This document shows, one piece after another, positions 29,248 to 46,013 of a stretch of DNA of 64,000 bases. The stretch lies in the NCBI RefSeq assembly GCF_009914755.1, contig NC_060926.1; one strand, 5' to 3'. The notes under the pieces were generated by a model. The model made no database searches. It was not told the DNA's origin and saw only the letters and a list, made by a program, of their open reading frames with translations. The stretch is from the human T2T-CHM13v2.0 reference genome, Homo sapiens. Numbering within the stretch: position 1 is the stretch's first letter; each line of letters opens with the position of its first letter. Both the position numbers and the translations under genes were made by a program.

Positions 29248-29536
29248 TTTTTTTGAGACTGAGTCTCACTTTATCGCCCAGACTGGAGAGCAGTGGCGTG
29301 ATCTCAGCTCACTACAACCTCCGCCTCCCAGGTTCAAGCGATTCTCTTGCCTCAGCCTCCTGAATAGCTGAGATTACAGGTTCCCACCACCACACTCAGC
29401 TAATTTTTGTATTTTTAGTTGAGGTGATATTTCACCATGTTGGCCAGGCTGGTCTCGAACTCCTGACCTCAAGCAATCTGCTCACCTCGGCCTCCCAAAG
29501 TGCTGGGATTACAGGCATGAGCCAAGATGCCCAGCC
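29248..29536 (-). mobile_element. AluSx/Sz-like, inserted in an L2 3' end
   Basis: TSD ta(g/a)aatgtgagttctt. An L2-like tail continues to ~29665. Confidence 0.93.
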
Positions 29537-30926
29537 TAAAATGTGAGTTCTTAAGGGGAAGGATTTTGTCCTGTCCTGTGTATCCTTTCCATCCTGGAAC
29601 ACAGAATAGAGATTAGCCCACAACTGATGTTCAGTCAGTGCTTGTTAAGCGGTTGAATTCATTCAAGAGTTTATGGTAGTGGCCTCATGGCCACAATACT
29701 GGCTATCTAGAGAAGCTAGTTGCCCTGAAAATGGCTTTTGAATGAACAAGTGATTTATTTAGGATTATCTGGGCATGATACATGCTTCTCCGGTTTGTCA
29801 ATGAAAAACAAGTGTAGATAGATTGGTATGCATACATAGAAATGTATATGTTTTTTAAAATACTCATAATGGTTGTTTTAATGGGTCACTCATCAGCTGT
29901 AACTACCTCTTTGATGTGAGTCAAAGCAAATCAAGGAATGTGAACACATAGCTCACACATAAGTTGAAATTTATGAGCCACAAGAGGTCAGAAAAAGCAT
30001 TTGAACCTCACTTGAGATTCAATGGGCTGTCTGGGAGAGGTCCAAAGGATATAAACTGCTCAGGTAAATGACCCAGAAATTCCATTCCACCATATCCAGT
30101 TCCACGGTTTACCCAAGATCAACAGAATGGAGCAGGAGAGCTCTCAAAGCTAAGGCAGGTGGCTGCCCCAGGAGCGGAAGAGGGCCTATTTTTTTTTTTC
30201 TGTTTGAGTCCAAATGCTGTCAATTGTGGAAAAAAGGTAGCTGTTGAGGAAAGAATGCTGGATGCCTTGAAAAACCCAACATACACATGTGTATGAAGAA
30301 AGAGACTGTGCCTAAATAAACTTGGATTGGATATAGCCCACATGGCAGGAGGATGGAAGGCTGAAGTTGCAGAGCTGTGGGGAACGAGGGAGGAAATGGA
30401 AATGGATGTGGGAAGGCTGTCAGGCAGGAGGTTATGCCTCCATGGAATGAATGGAACCATTCAGAAGCCCAGATTGCCCTGGTTGTTTCCCTTCTGCTCT
30501 GTACACGTACAGCCACTAAGGACATCCAGTGGGGGATAGTCAATGCCAAATGCACTGTTCATTCAGTTCATACAGGCTAGTGAAAAAGTCAACTCACTAA
30601 GGAATCTCAGCCCAAGTAGTTACATGAATTCAAGTAGGCAATACCACCACATGATGAACTATGGTTTCTATTTTCTTATAAGATCTGAAAGATATAGCTG
30701 GAACAGAAGCTGGTTATCTTGGAGAACTTGCCCATAGTCCAGTTCAGAGAAAGCCCGGCCATGAAACATCTTGCTGTAAAGTAGTGAGATAGAGAGGTAT
30801 CAAATAGTAGGAGGCTTTATATATCAGATTGCATAACTCCTTCTATTTTTTTTCTCTGCTTGACTTTACTTCTCTGGAAACACACTGAGAGTTCTGACCC
30901 AGTCAAAAAAACTATCCACTACTTTC

Positions 30927-31259
<333 letters not shown>

Positions 31260-31744
31260 CATCCATTACTTTCAATTGCATGTGTGCAGATTGCAGAGCA
31301 GTTGATCCGTTGTGCTGGGCAAGATAAATCCTCTTTCTCTATCTCCTGCTTTCAAATTTCACTACCACCTACACTTCCCAAAAAGCACAGTGAAGTCCAG
31401 TTGTCTTCATAGCTGTGTGTCAACATGCAACAGAGAAAGGATTATATTCAGCCTGTGGAAGTTGTTGAGATAAAAGCACAAGAGTCAGTCTTGAGAATTT
31501 GAAGCAAAAGTCATAGTAAAAAGAGAAAAATGGAGTCTATGTTCACTTATGTGTGTAAGTAAAATCTGGACAGCCAAATCATTTTCTTAGCATCATTCAT
31601 TTTCAAGGTCCTGTCTCTCATGGCAATCTACTTCAGAGATGTTGAGTGGGTGAGCCACATTGTCTGGTGTATAAAGTGTCTAAGATGTCCTACAGAAAGT
31701 GTGGGCTCTTTGAATGTTGTACAAGGCACTCAAAGATCAACCAA

Positions 31745-32785
31745 CATAGGGTGTATCTAAAGGGACACAGGAGTCAACACGGAAAAGCTCTCAATGGCCA
31801 AAACTGGAATAAAATAGATAATTATAGCATTGGATTAAAACATAAAGAATAAAATAAATATCCATGAGTTCCTACTGATATAAATAAATTATTGAACAAA
31901 TAAATGAGGGAGAGGGGACAATTTTTCTAATAAAAAATTCCAAATATTAACTGTAGAAGAAATCAGAGAAATAGAAATTCACCACTAGAAAACCACAGTA
32001 GTGGGTGCTGCAGGCAACCATAGGTGAATGGCAAAATTAGTAGAGAAAGTTTAAGGAGAAACTATGATATTTACATAGCTTCAAATTATATCCTCCAAAT
32101 TATTTGTAAATTGTTGTTGTGGTTTAACATATGTGTAGAGTTCTTTGCTACTTCTCTCTCTAGGAGGTAGAATTTAATTCCCTTCCCCATGGGTGTTCAT
32201 AGACTCAGTGATTTATTTATTTCTAACAAATAGGCTATGATAAAGGAAAAAAAGTAACCTGACAGATACTACCCTAACCAATTAATTAAGGTGAATATCA
32301 CCAGTAACAAGTCATTTTGATACCATGTAGATGCTAATGTGATGTGATGAAGAAGACACCTAATCTCTGTGGTATTCTTCCCCCAAATTCATAGCCCCTA
32401 ATGATGAGGAAACACTAGACAAACCCAAATCGAAGAACACTTTACCAAGATACCTGATCAATCCTCTTCAAAGTGTCAGTCATACAAAACAAGGAAAGAC
32501 TAAGAAACTGTCACAGATTAGAAGAGATTAAAGAGACATAATGACTAAATGCAATTTGGTATCCTGTATTGGATCATGAAACAGATAAAGGGCATTAGTG
32601 AAAAAAAATGATGAAATTCAAATAAAGTCTGTGGTCTAGCTAATATTGTTATGCCAATATTAATTTCTTAGTTTTAATAACTGTACCATGGTTATGTGAA
32701 ACGTTAACATTAAGAGAAGCTGAGAGAAGAGTATACGATAACTCTCTGTGCTATCTTTATACCTTTATTTCCAAATAAAAATGTA
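31745..32785 (+). mobile_element. L1MC/L1MD-type 3' region
   Basis: 'aaagggacacaggag..ctctcaatggccaaaactgg', 'aaacccaaatcgaag', 'gacataatgactaaatgcaat', ending 'ccaaataaaa'. Confidence 0.75.
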
Positions 32786-33512
32786 GAAGATACTAATAAT
32801 AAATTGACATGCAGAAACATAATATCTTGCCAGTGAGGGGGAATTCTAAGGCTTTGCTCTCCCCTGTAGCAAAAAAGATTAACCTGAAGCAAAAAGGAAA
32901 ATGAAAAAGGTAAACCCTAAACCACCAATCTAAGTCATCCACACTGAGTTTCATAAGCTATATAACTTTGTGAAGAGGAACTTTGATTTTTTGAAATGTC
33001 TTAATAAAGTATATCCTGTCTATAAGACAAATGTGTTTCTATATAGTAATAGCACTTAATTTTCAATGTTCAAATATTCATTTAATTCACCATGATACGT
33101 GAAGATACAGAGGTAAACAAACCAATTTGAACTTTGCCCTCATGAATCTTAGTCTGACAAAGAAGACAGATAAAACACAAAAAATTATTAAAGCAATGCC
33201 AGATTGGAAATATACGAAAATGCAATTTAACAAAACCATGTTCATGCATCATCTAACATCTACGAACTCCCTCTGTAACCCTACAAAGCAGCAAGCATTA
33301 GAAATCTCATCTAAAAGATGAAAAAAACACAGTCTAGTGATGATCAAGTGACTTGCTCAAACTCACATAGCTGGTCTGTGGATAAGTGACACCTAGGACT
33401 CAGGATTATTAACCCTATAACCTTTAAAACATTCACTATAACATAAGACACATTAAAATATCTTCTTAAGTTGAGAAACAAATTTCATAAAATTCACCCT
33501 TTACTAATGTAC

Positions 33513-35233
<1,721 letters not shown>

Positions 35234-36536
35234 TGTACCATTCTATGAGTATTGACAAATGTGTGCAGTCATGAAAACCATGACAGTCAAGATACAGAAT
35301 AGTCAGATGTCTGCTTCTGACTAAGGGGAAGTAACAATTCATGGATTTAGTGTCTTATCTGAAATAACCAAAAAATAGTGACAAAATATGTGAAACAACA
35401 GTTGTCAAGACACTGGACACTGGGCAAAAATGTTAGTGACCTCTGAGAGATGGGAACAAATGAAGTGAACTCTGATTGCCCCAGCTTACTGACTTAGGGT
35501 CTGTAGGTCTTGGCACAGGGCAGAAAAGCACAGGTAGTGCCCATAAGACTTCCTGACTTGAGGAGATGCATCTGAGAGTCCAGGTAGACCAAGGTCGTGA
35601 GAGTTCATATGGGAGAGTACAAGGGAAGAGAGGCTGGCAAACAGAGACAATCCAGGAGATCAACAGAGAGTCCCTTCTAATATACTGCAGAGTCAGGATC
35701 AGTGCCTGTTATGTGAGGGAACTAATCAAAGCCAGTTAAAGAATCACCTGAAAGGATTAGAAAGAACAGTGTCTGAGGTTTGCACAGTGCTGGGAATAGT
35801 GCCTATTCTTATTAGCCAGACTGGAAACCTCATAATTCACATTGAGTAGAGTATTAGGAGGATCTTGCCCCAGGAGTGAGGCATAATCAGACCTAGAATA
35901 AATGCAAATCTGATTCTAACAAATCTTAACAGAAGAATTCAAACATAACAAACTGTTGACAAATAATTTAATGGTATGCCAGAACAATATTCAAGAATAT
36001 TTATAAGATTACCAAAATATTCAGCACCTAATAAGATGAAATTCAAAATCTCTGGCAGCCAAAGATTACATATATGCCAAGAAACAAAAAATTATGACTC
36101 ATAATGCAAGGAAAAGGTCAATAAATTGACACCAACCCCGAATTGACACATATATTAGAAGTAGCAAACAAGGTTATTGAAATAGTTATAATTTTATTTC
36201 ATATTTCAAAATTTAAGTAGGGACATGGATGATAAATACACTCAAATAAAACTTGTGAATATAAAAAGCATATCTGAGATGAAAAAATTACTGGATGAGA
36301 TAAATGGGTGATGGGATACTAAAAAAGATAAGATTAATTAATTTGAAGGTACCGTGTTAAACATCATCCAAAATGAAATATACAGAGAAAAAGAATTTTT
36401 AAAAAATGGAAAGAGCATCAGTGAGCTGTGCGATAAAGTTAAGTGGCCTAACATATGGGTAATATAATTGGAGTGCCCAAAAAAGAGAAGGAAGACAGAA
36501 AAAAACCTGAAAAAAAATAATATTCAAAATTTTCAC

Positions 36537-36592
36537 AAATTGATGAAAAATCTAAACCCACATAAAATTGATGAAAAATCTAAACCCACATA
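36537..36592 (+). repeat. Perfect 28-bp tandem duplication
   Basis: (aaattgatgaaaaatctaaacccacata)x2. Confidence 0.97.
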
Positions 36593-37213
36593 GCCAAGAA
36601 TCTCAACCAACACCAAACATGAGAAACAAAAAGGAAACTACAGCAAGGCCCCACATAACCAAGTTGCTCAAAACTAGTAATGAAGAAAAAAATATTTTAA
36701 AAAGACAGAGAGAAAAGATGCTTTATATGGGGGAATGAAGGTTGACAGCAGACTTCTTATCAGAAACAATGCAAATGAGAAGAAAGCAGAGCAACATCTT
36801 TAAAGAAGTACTGAAAAAAAAACTAAAATTGTATACCTAGTGAAAACATCTTTCAAAAACACAACTGAAATGAAGATTATTTTTTTTACAAAATGCAAAT
36901 GCTGAAAGAATTTATTTCAAGCAGACCCATATTACACAAAATATGAAGACCTTCAAGCAAAAGGGAAAGTGTACCAGATGGAAATATAGATCTACATAAA
37001 GATGAAAAGCATCAAAAATGGTAACTGCATAATTATGTATATAAGATTTTTAAATTAATGCTTAATTCTACATAAAGGATAACTGACTTTAAACAAAAAT
37101 AATAAAAAATGTAGCATGGGCTTATAATATTGTAAAAGTAAAATGTATGACAATAGCAAAAAACTTATGAAGGGGAAATGAGAATATACTATAGTAAAGG
37201 TTTTACACTGAGT

Positions 37214-37437
37214 CAGGATTTCTCAACATAACATTACTGACATTTGGGATGAAGGATTCTTTGTTCTGTGGGAATAGTCCTGTGGTTTGTAGGCTGTTGG
37301 AACCATCCCTGACCCCTGCCCCCTGCCCCCAATAGATGCCAGTAACGACACCCAAGATGCAGCAACCAAAAATTTCTCCAGACATTACCAACCAAACGTC
37401 TCCCTGAGGCAAAGTTTTTTACCCTTGGCAACTACTA
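37214..37437 (-). mobile_element. MER20
   Basis: 'caggatttctcaac..actgacatttggg..tagatgccagta..caaccaaaaatttctccagacatt' is the reverse complement of the 9415 element. Confidence 0.85.
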
Positions 37438-39487
37438 CTATAAGTGAATGGGAATTATATCACTTGAATGTAGACTGTGATAAGTTAAAGACATATATTA
37501 TAAGTCATATCGCAACCACTAAAATAAAGGAACAAAGAGTTATATGTATAAGCCAACAAAAGAAGTAAGACAGAATCATAAAATCTACTCCATTGACCCA
37601 AAAGAAGACAGGAAAAAAGGTAAAGGAAAGGACAAAAATAATGGTAATACAAGATAATTAATCTAACCATCTCAATTATCATATTAAATGTAAATGGCTG
37701 AAATACCCCAATTAAAGCCAGATATTTCCAAATTGTATAGAAAAGCAAGACTAAACTATTTGCTGCCAACAAGAAACACATTATGTATAAAGATGCAAAT
37801 GGATTAAAAGTAAAAGTGGGAAGAGTTATGTCACACTAACACTTGTCATAAGAAAGCTGGAGGGGTTATTTTAATATCTTAGAGAAATTTTAATATCCTA
37901 ATCTCAATAATTAATAGAACAAGAACATAAAAAATCATCAAGGATATAAGAGGCTTGAACAACACTGTCAAACTGACCTGACATTTATAGAACATTCCAC
38001 CAAAGAACAGCAGAACACACATTCTTTTAAAATGCACATAGATCATTTACAAAATAGCCATATTCTGGGCTACAAAACAAATCACAATAAATTTAAAAGG
38101 AAGCAAGTCATAAAAAGTATGTTACCTAAACACAATAGAATTAAATAAATCATCAAACAATCCAAAAATTTGCCAAATATTTGAAAACTAAATAAAACAC
38201 TTCTAAATAATCTACAGATCAAAGAATAAACCAAAAGAGAAATCAGAAAGTGTCTTGAACTGAATGAAAATTAAAACACATGTCAAAATTTGTGAGGTTT
38301 AGAGCACTAAAAGCCCATATTGAGGGGGGAAAAGGTAAAAAATCAATGACCTCAGATTTCACATTAGGAAACTAAAAAAAAAAAAAAAAGAGAGAGCAGA
38401 TAAAGCCCAAAATAACTAAAGAAAAGAAATGACAAATAACAGAAGAAAAAACAATATAATACAAAATAGAAAAACAGCAGGAAATAAAAGGAACCAAAAG
38501 CTGTTTTTTGTGAACCATCAATAAAATATATAAACATCTAGCCAGATTGATCTAGAATCAAAGATGTACACAATTATCTATATCAAGAATAGGGTGAGGA
38601 AGGTAACATTATTTGGGATTCTAAGGACAATGGAAGGAAAATAAAGGGAAAACTTTAGTCCTATGATTTTGACAAGTTAGATAAAATAGATAAATTCCCT
38701 GAAAGACAAAAACTATCAAAATTCACTAAAGAAGAAATAGATAACTTGAATGGCTCCATATCAAAAAGAAAATGTATTTGTGATTAAAAGCTTCCCATAA
38801 AGAAAATTCCAAGCACAGCTTCACTAGTGAAATTTACCAAACATTGAAGCAAGGAACAATATAAATTCTACTTAATCTCTTGGCAAAAATTTGGAGAAGA
38901 GAGAATATTTTGAAATTTATTTTATGAGGCTAGTATCACCCTAATATCAACACCAGATTACAATATTACTTAATGGTGAAAGAATGAAACTTTGCCCCTA
39001 AGATCAGAAACAAAATTAAATGTCTGCTCTCAGTATTTCAACATTTTACTGAAGGTTCTAGCCAGCGTGGTAAAGTAAGAGAAAAAAATTAAAAGCATCT
39101 AAATTGTATCTGTATTGTAAATGAAGCAAAAAGAAACTGTCTTTATTTACAGATAAAGTGATTATCTGTGTAGAGAATCCCTTGGAATCTACAAAAAAAA
39201 GGTAGTAGACCTAATAAGTGACCTTAATAAGGCTGCAGTATACAAGTTCAATATGCAAAATTGTATTTCTATATACCAGGAATGTACAATCAAAAGTGAA
39301 ATTAAGATACAATACCATTTACAATAGCATCCAAATATAAAATACTTAAGAATAAATCTGACAAAATATGTGTCATACCTACACACTGAAAACTACAAAA
39401 CATTACAGAAAGAAATTAAAGAAAACCTAAATAAATGAAACTATGCACCTTGTCCAAGGGATGGAAAACTGAATACTCTTAAGATAT

Positions 39488-39848
39488 TGTGATGGTTAAT
39501 TTTATGTCAACTCAACTAGGTGCCCAGATATTTGGTAAAATATTATTCTGGGTGTATCTGTGAGGATGTTTTTGGATAAGATGAACACTTGAATTGGGAG
39601 ACTGAGTAAAACAGATTGTCCTCCCTAATATGGGAGCCCCTTGTCAAGTCAGTTGAAGGCCTGAATAAAACAAAAAGACCAACCTTCCAGTAAGAGGGAA
39701 CTCCTGCCTGACTGCTTGAATGGGACATTGGCCTGCTCTCACTTTCAGACTGAAACTCACACAATTGGCTCTCCTGATTCTCAGGCCTCTGGATTTAGAT
39801 CTTAGACTTGTCAGCCTCCAGAATCACACAAGCCAACTCCTCATAATA

Positions 39849-39894
<46 letters not shown>

Positions 39895-40181
39895 CCCATA
39901 TTATATATAATATATACACACATATATACACACACATTATATATATACACATGATATATATTATATATACATATATATGTTCAGATATGTATATATAATA
40001 TATAATGTGTATATATAATGTGTGTATATATAATGTGTATATATATATAATGTGTGTATATATAATGTGTATATATATAATGTGTGTATATATGTGTATA
40101 TATATAATGTGTGTATATACGCACACACACACACACAGACATCCTATTGGTTCCGTTCTCTGGAGAACCCTGATTAAAACA
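39488..40181 (+). mobile_element. MLT2 (ERVL LTR, MLT2D/B-like) with expanded internal simple repeats
   Basis: tgtgatggttaattttatgt...tctggagaaccctgattaaaaca. TSD gatat/gattt. Confidence 0.88.
39849..40137. repeat. (TATC)11 STR followed by a TA/CA/TG compound array with 'tatataatgtg' units
   Basis: Read directly from the sequence. Confidence 0.95.
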
Positions 40182-41507
40182 GATTTCAATTCTCCCCAAA
40201 ATTAGCTTATAGATTCAATGCACTCCCAATCAAAAATCCCAGCAGGCTTTTTTGTAGAAATTGGCAAGATTATTCTAAACTTCAAATGGAAATGCAAAAA
40301 AAAATGTTTTGGCTATTTTAGAAAAATATAAAAACAAAAAGTTGGAGGTCTAACACTACCTGACTTCAAAACTCATGAAGTTACAATAATCAATACGCTA
40401 TGGTGTTGGCATAAAGATAAGACACATAGATCAATGAAACATTAAGAGAGATTCTAGAAATAGACCCACACCTATACGTACAAGTGATTTTTGCCAAGGT
40501 ACAAAGGCAATTTGGAAGGGAAAATACAATCTTTCAATAAATGCTGCTGAAACAAATGGATATCCACATGCAAAAAAAAGGAGCTTTCATTTATACCTCA
40601 TGCCATGTACAAAAATTAACTGAAAGTGGTTCACGGACGTAAAGTAAAATGATAAGACTTTCAGAAGAAAATAAATGGTAAAACCTTTGTGAGTTACACA
40701 AAGGTTTCTTAGGTACAACACCAAAACAATCATCCATAAAAGAAAACAATAGACTTCAGCAAAATTAAAAACTGCCACACTTTAAAAGACACTGTTAAGG
40801 TAATGACAAAGGCAAGCCATAGTCTGGGAGGAAATATTTTCAAATCACATATCTGATAAAATAACTTTATATAGTCTATATTTAGAACTCTCGAAACCCA
40901 TAATAAAAAAGGCAAATAAAAATTTAAAATGACAAAAGATACGAGACACACTTCATCAAAGAAGCTATACTGATGGCAAATAGGTACATGATAAGATGTT
41001 CAACATCAATAGTCATTAGGGAAGGCAAATTAAAACCACAATGAGACACTACTACACATCCATTGGAATGTTTAAAATTAAAGGCAGTCCATACAACGTG
41101 TTGTCACGGATGTAGAGCAACCGGAATTCTCACACACTGCTAGTGGGAATGTAAAATGGCACAATCGCTTTGGAAAGCAGATTGGCAGTTTCTTAAGAAA
41201 CTAAACATGTGATCCAGCCATTCCACTTTTAGATATTTACCAAAGATAAATTAAAGCATATATCCATGTATTTGTACTCAGATGTTCATAGCTGCTTTAT
41301 TTGTAGTAGTCAAAAACTGGAAACAATCTAAATGTCCATCTGCAGATGAATAAATAAACAAATCATGTTTTACCATACAATGGACTACTGCTTAACCACA
41401 GAAAGGAATCAGTTATTGATATACACAGTACTATGAATGAATCTAAAAAAATGCTAAGTAGAAGAAGCCAGATAACAAAGAGCACATACTATAAGATTCC
41501 ATTTATC

Positions 41508-42088
<581 letters not shown>

Positions 42089-43149
42089 CTACAAGGGCAA
42101 ATGAGAAAACGTGAGGGTAAAGGATGTGTTAATTATCTTGATTGTGGTGATGGTTTCGTGAATAAATACACATGTGAAATTTACCAATGTGTAACTTTAA
42201 ATGTGTGATTTGTTGTATGTCAATTATACCTCGATTTTAAGAGGAAGAAAAGAATATATAGAACAGTCACTATGCCCGTTTTCATAAGGCTCAGAAGTAG
42301 TTAGCAACACAAAGATTTATTATGCATAGTTTATGGTGAAATAGCACTAACACACACATTAAGCATATGATGATAACAGAGAGATCTTTTAGAATTTCTC
42401 AGATGTTCTGCCTCCCATTTTTGGATGGGAGACAGACAGGGGTCTCCCATCCATACTGCAGACAGGGGTCATATCTGCTCTTCCACTGATATTTCCCTGA
42501 CCCCTATTGGTCCTGTCCTACTCACTATAGGCAGCAATGCTCATAGCTCACCACCCAGTACCTGCCCTAATGTGAAGTATCTGCAGTGAGATGGAAAGTA
42601 CTGAAGGGGGTGATCCCCTGAGCATTATAGATTATTCCAGAAGGATGATGTTGCTCATATGGCATGTCAACTGCTAGCTGTCTGCTGTAAGTTAGTAAGA
42701 GGATTAACACCATCCTGGAAGTATGGCCCTGAGAATATACTATAAAATAGCTATTGGAACATGTACTATGACCCAGCCATGATAAGAGGTCAGCAAATTC
42801 TGGCCAATATACCACAGCATCTGCCATTTGATAAACTTAGCATGACAAGGGCAGTGCTGACTCATGTTGGTATTCTAGCCCATAAAAACATCCTAGGAAT
42901 CTGGGCAGAGCTGTCTGTAGATTTAAACCCTGATGTTTCGGAATGTGAGAGGAATGAAGGGGCCCACACAGGCTTATGATCTACAGCCAGGAAGCCTTGC
43001 TGATTTACAGTGGCCGCCACATCTCTGAACCTTCAGCATTCATCCTCTATTCCAGTGGTCACACAATGCACCAGGTATTGCGTGGTGCCTGGTATTGAGG
43101 TCTAACGTGATAACCTGGCTCTTGCAGTGAAACTCAACCTTTCATATTC

Positions 43150-43610
43150 ATTCATTCATATAATAAATATCCATTAGGTACCTGCAATGGCAGAGTACTT
43201 TGTTGTATACTGGGGTTACCAGGATGACTAAGACAAGCACTACCCTCTTGGAGGTGAAGTTCACGAAGGGGAGATGGACATTAAATAACTGGTTACATGG
43301 TAAGTGATCTGGTGATAATAGTGGTGAGAGCTAAATGTATAGTTGGAAACAAGAGCCTGGAACAGAACAACGTGTGTGGTCTGGAGGATTGGGGAAGACT
43401 TTCTGGAGAAAAGGACATCAGAGATGACACCTGAGGGATGAATAAGAGTTCTTCAGGGTAATCAGAGGTGGGAATTTCAGGCTCAGGGAAAGGAGAGAAG
43501 AGCACTTCTTGAGGAATGAGAAGCATGCAGCGGAGAGAGGGAAGCAGGACAGAAGACAGATAACAAGGCTCTGCAGACTGTGTTAAAGGTTTGGGGAGAA
43601 TGGAAAGCCA
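43150..43610 (-). mobile_element. L2 fragment
   Basis: 'attcattcattca..aaatat' tail, 'ggggaagactttctggagaa', 'gacacctgagggatgaataagagtt'. Confidence 0.6.
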
Positions 43611-44239
43611 TTAAGGAAGTCGCATTTTACCATCTTTATTACACTGTAAATTCCCTAGAGCACAGGGATTATGTCAAACTAAAAGAAAATAGCCTATCAC
43701 CCACAAAATTCTACCTGCAAGTAATAATTCTAAAACTTTGCCCAAGGTTCTCTAGGATGCCTAACTGGGGTTCTCTATTTATAAATCTTTTCTAAAATGC
43801 CTGATCTCACTTTGCAATTTTGTTCAGGACAATAGATCAAATTCCACCAAACCTCTTATTTGCAGATGAAGTAGCTTACAGAGGAATGCTGTGTCAGTTA
43901 GGGTCTAGAAGTTAGAGAGAGGGAATAGCAGAGCTGGAGGGGAGAGGAGAGATCATCCAGGCCCACACATTAGAAGAAGCTTTCCCGGGGCAAAGGAGAG
44001 GGCCTGGGGCAGACCCAGGCATCCCAAGCCCTAACCCAAGTTCTTTTGACTCTAGGATGTTCCTTAAAGATTGTCATCTGGTTTTGCTTTTTCCTTATCA
44101 CCCTCCTAAAAGTCAAACACAAAAAAACACAGTAACTAGAGGGTTCAAGATTGTTGGATTTCAGCTAATCCAGGTTGTTTTTTGAGGTAGAAGAGCTGAA
44201 GTGGAATTGGAAGCAAGTGAAGCATTAAGGCAATGGAAA

Positions 44240-44450
44240 TTTCCTGGACACCTGCTTGGGCCAAGCATAATGCCAAACACTCAGGACCCCCAGTGTTGCT
44301 CTCAATAGCCCTGTGAGACCAGCATTATTAGCCCCATCTTACAGATGAGGAAACTTGGCCTTGTTATACCTTGCCCAAGACCTACAAAGATAGTAAGTGG
44401 TTATAAGAAAGAAATCTGGAATTTCAATGTAGGTCAGTCTGGCTCAAAAG
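44240..44450 (-). mobile_element. MIR
   Basis: 'attattagccccatcttacagatgaggaaact..cttgcccaag..tagtaagtgg'. Confidence 0.7.
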
Positions 44451-44853
44451 CCATGTTTTTCCTAGTCAGCTCCACGGCTGATTAGGTTGGGTCCCCACAC
44501 AATGATGAAATCACCTTATCTTTTGGAGAATTTGCCTGCTTGCTGCTTGTTACTCTCAAATGCGGGACTCTGAAAAGTTTGCCATGTTCCCAGGAGATAC
44601 TGATCTCCACGTTCCCAGGAGATACTAAGACCTTCCTCCCCAGGGAGTTTAGCACCTGGAGTAAAATGGCCTACAGTGGGTTAGGCCCAAAGCATGACAA
44701 GACAAAGACACAAGAAATCCCCAAACCAATCTTTTCCTCTTATTTCATTGGAGCCTTTTACCATGTTGGAAAATTATCTCTACCCTGTCCAAAGAGCCAC
44801 TGAAAGTGAATTCTCTACACTGGCCTCCTGTGTCCTCAGGCAATGAGGGACAT

Positions 44854-44854
<1 letters not shown>

Positions 44855-44893
<39 letters not shown>

Positions 44894-44945
44894 ACTCCCG
44901 CTCTCTCTCTCTCTCCCTCCCTCCCTCCTTCCTTCCTTCTCTCTG
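44855..44945. repeat. (CT)n/(CCCT)/(CCTT) polypyrimidine tract
   Basis: Read directly from the sequence. Confidence 0.95.
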
Positions 44946-45682
44946 TCATCTTCAGTTTCCCCAGAGGGAGCAGCAATCCTGCTGCCCAGCAATACCCAGA
45001 ACTTTGATGTTGTTTCTTGAGAAGAAAGAAGGAGGAACCAGACATGTGTCATTCCCAGAGAGAAAATGAATCACAACTCCTCTAGTTACTTGGAAATCTC
45101 TGAGGTGCTACCCTCACCCCATCTCCTCACCCATTCCAAGAGAAAGGGTTCCAGTTCATTGTTCCTTGGGGGCTCAGAAAGAAACAAAATGTCTTTTTTC
45201 TCCTTTATCCAGAAAATATTTCTCAACATTCACTCCATCCAGCAGATAAGGCTATTTTAACACTGTTTGCTTTCCAGATGTGTAAGGCAGCCCAGGACTC
45301 ATACCCGTGGTATCTCATATCAGAAATGAAACTTGGCTTTGGAACTAAGCTCCAAAGGTGATGATCAAGACTCTCATCCTTCAATTTCTCCTATTCTCTC
45401 CCACTTCAGGATTGGGACGCAGGTAGAAGCTGAAGAAGGCTAAGACAGAAGTTTGAGCAAAAACCAATGATTAGAATTCATATTCCTGAAAGCAAAAGGA
45501 AAAGAGAAGAAATGTGCTCTTATAAAAAGAGCATTGATTAGGGAGTAACAGTTGCAGATTTTATTTGTAGCTTTGGCATCTACTACCTGGATTAAGTAGG
45601 CAAGACACTCCACCCTGCCGACCTCGGATTCTTCTCCTGTGACATGAGAGTCTCTGGCTTCACCTTGAAAGTAACTCTGATA

Positions 45683-46013
45683 CAGGCTGAATATCCCTTG
45701 TCTCAAATGCTCCAGATCAGAAGTGTTTCAGGCTTTAGATTCTTTCAGATTTAGGAATATCTGCATATACATAATATGCAAAGATAGGACCCAAGTATAA
45801 ATACAAAATTTACTTAGGTTTTATATACACCCTATACACATAGCATGAAGGCAATGTCAAACAATGTTTTTAATAATTTTGTGCATGAAAAAAAGTTTGT
45901 GTTAAAGCCCTTATGTGTGGAATTTTCTACTTATGGTACCGTACTGGCACTCAAAAATTTTGAATTTTGGAGCATTTTGGATTTTAGATTTTCAGATTGG
46001 GAATGCCCAACCT
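45683..46013 (+). mobile_element. Tigger4b/Zombi (MER46-type) TcMar-Tigger MITE
   Basis: ta-caggctgaatatccc...gggaatgcccaacct termini with 'ttcagattt' subterminal repeats. Confidence 0.82.

Noticed and set aside
32115-32240. MLT1-like fragment within the L1 3' region
   Set aside because: I recall this block as an integral part of L1MD-type 3' ends; no TSD indicates a separate insertion.
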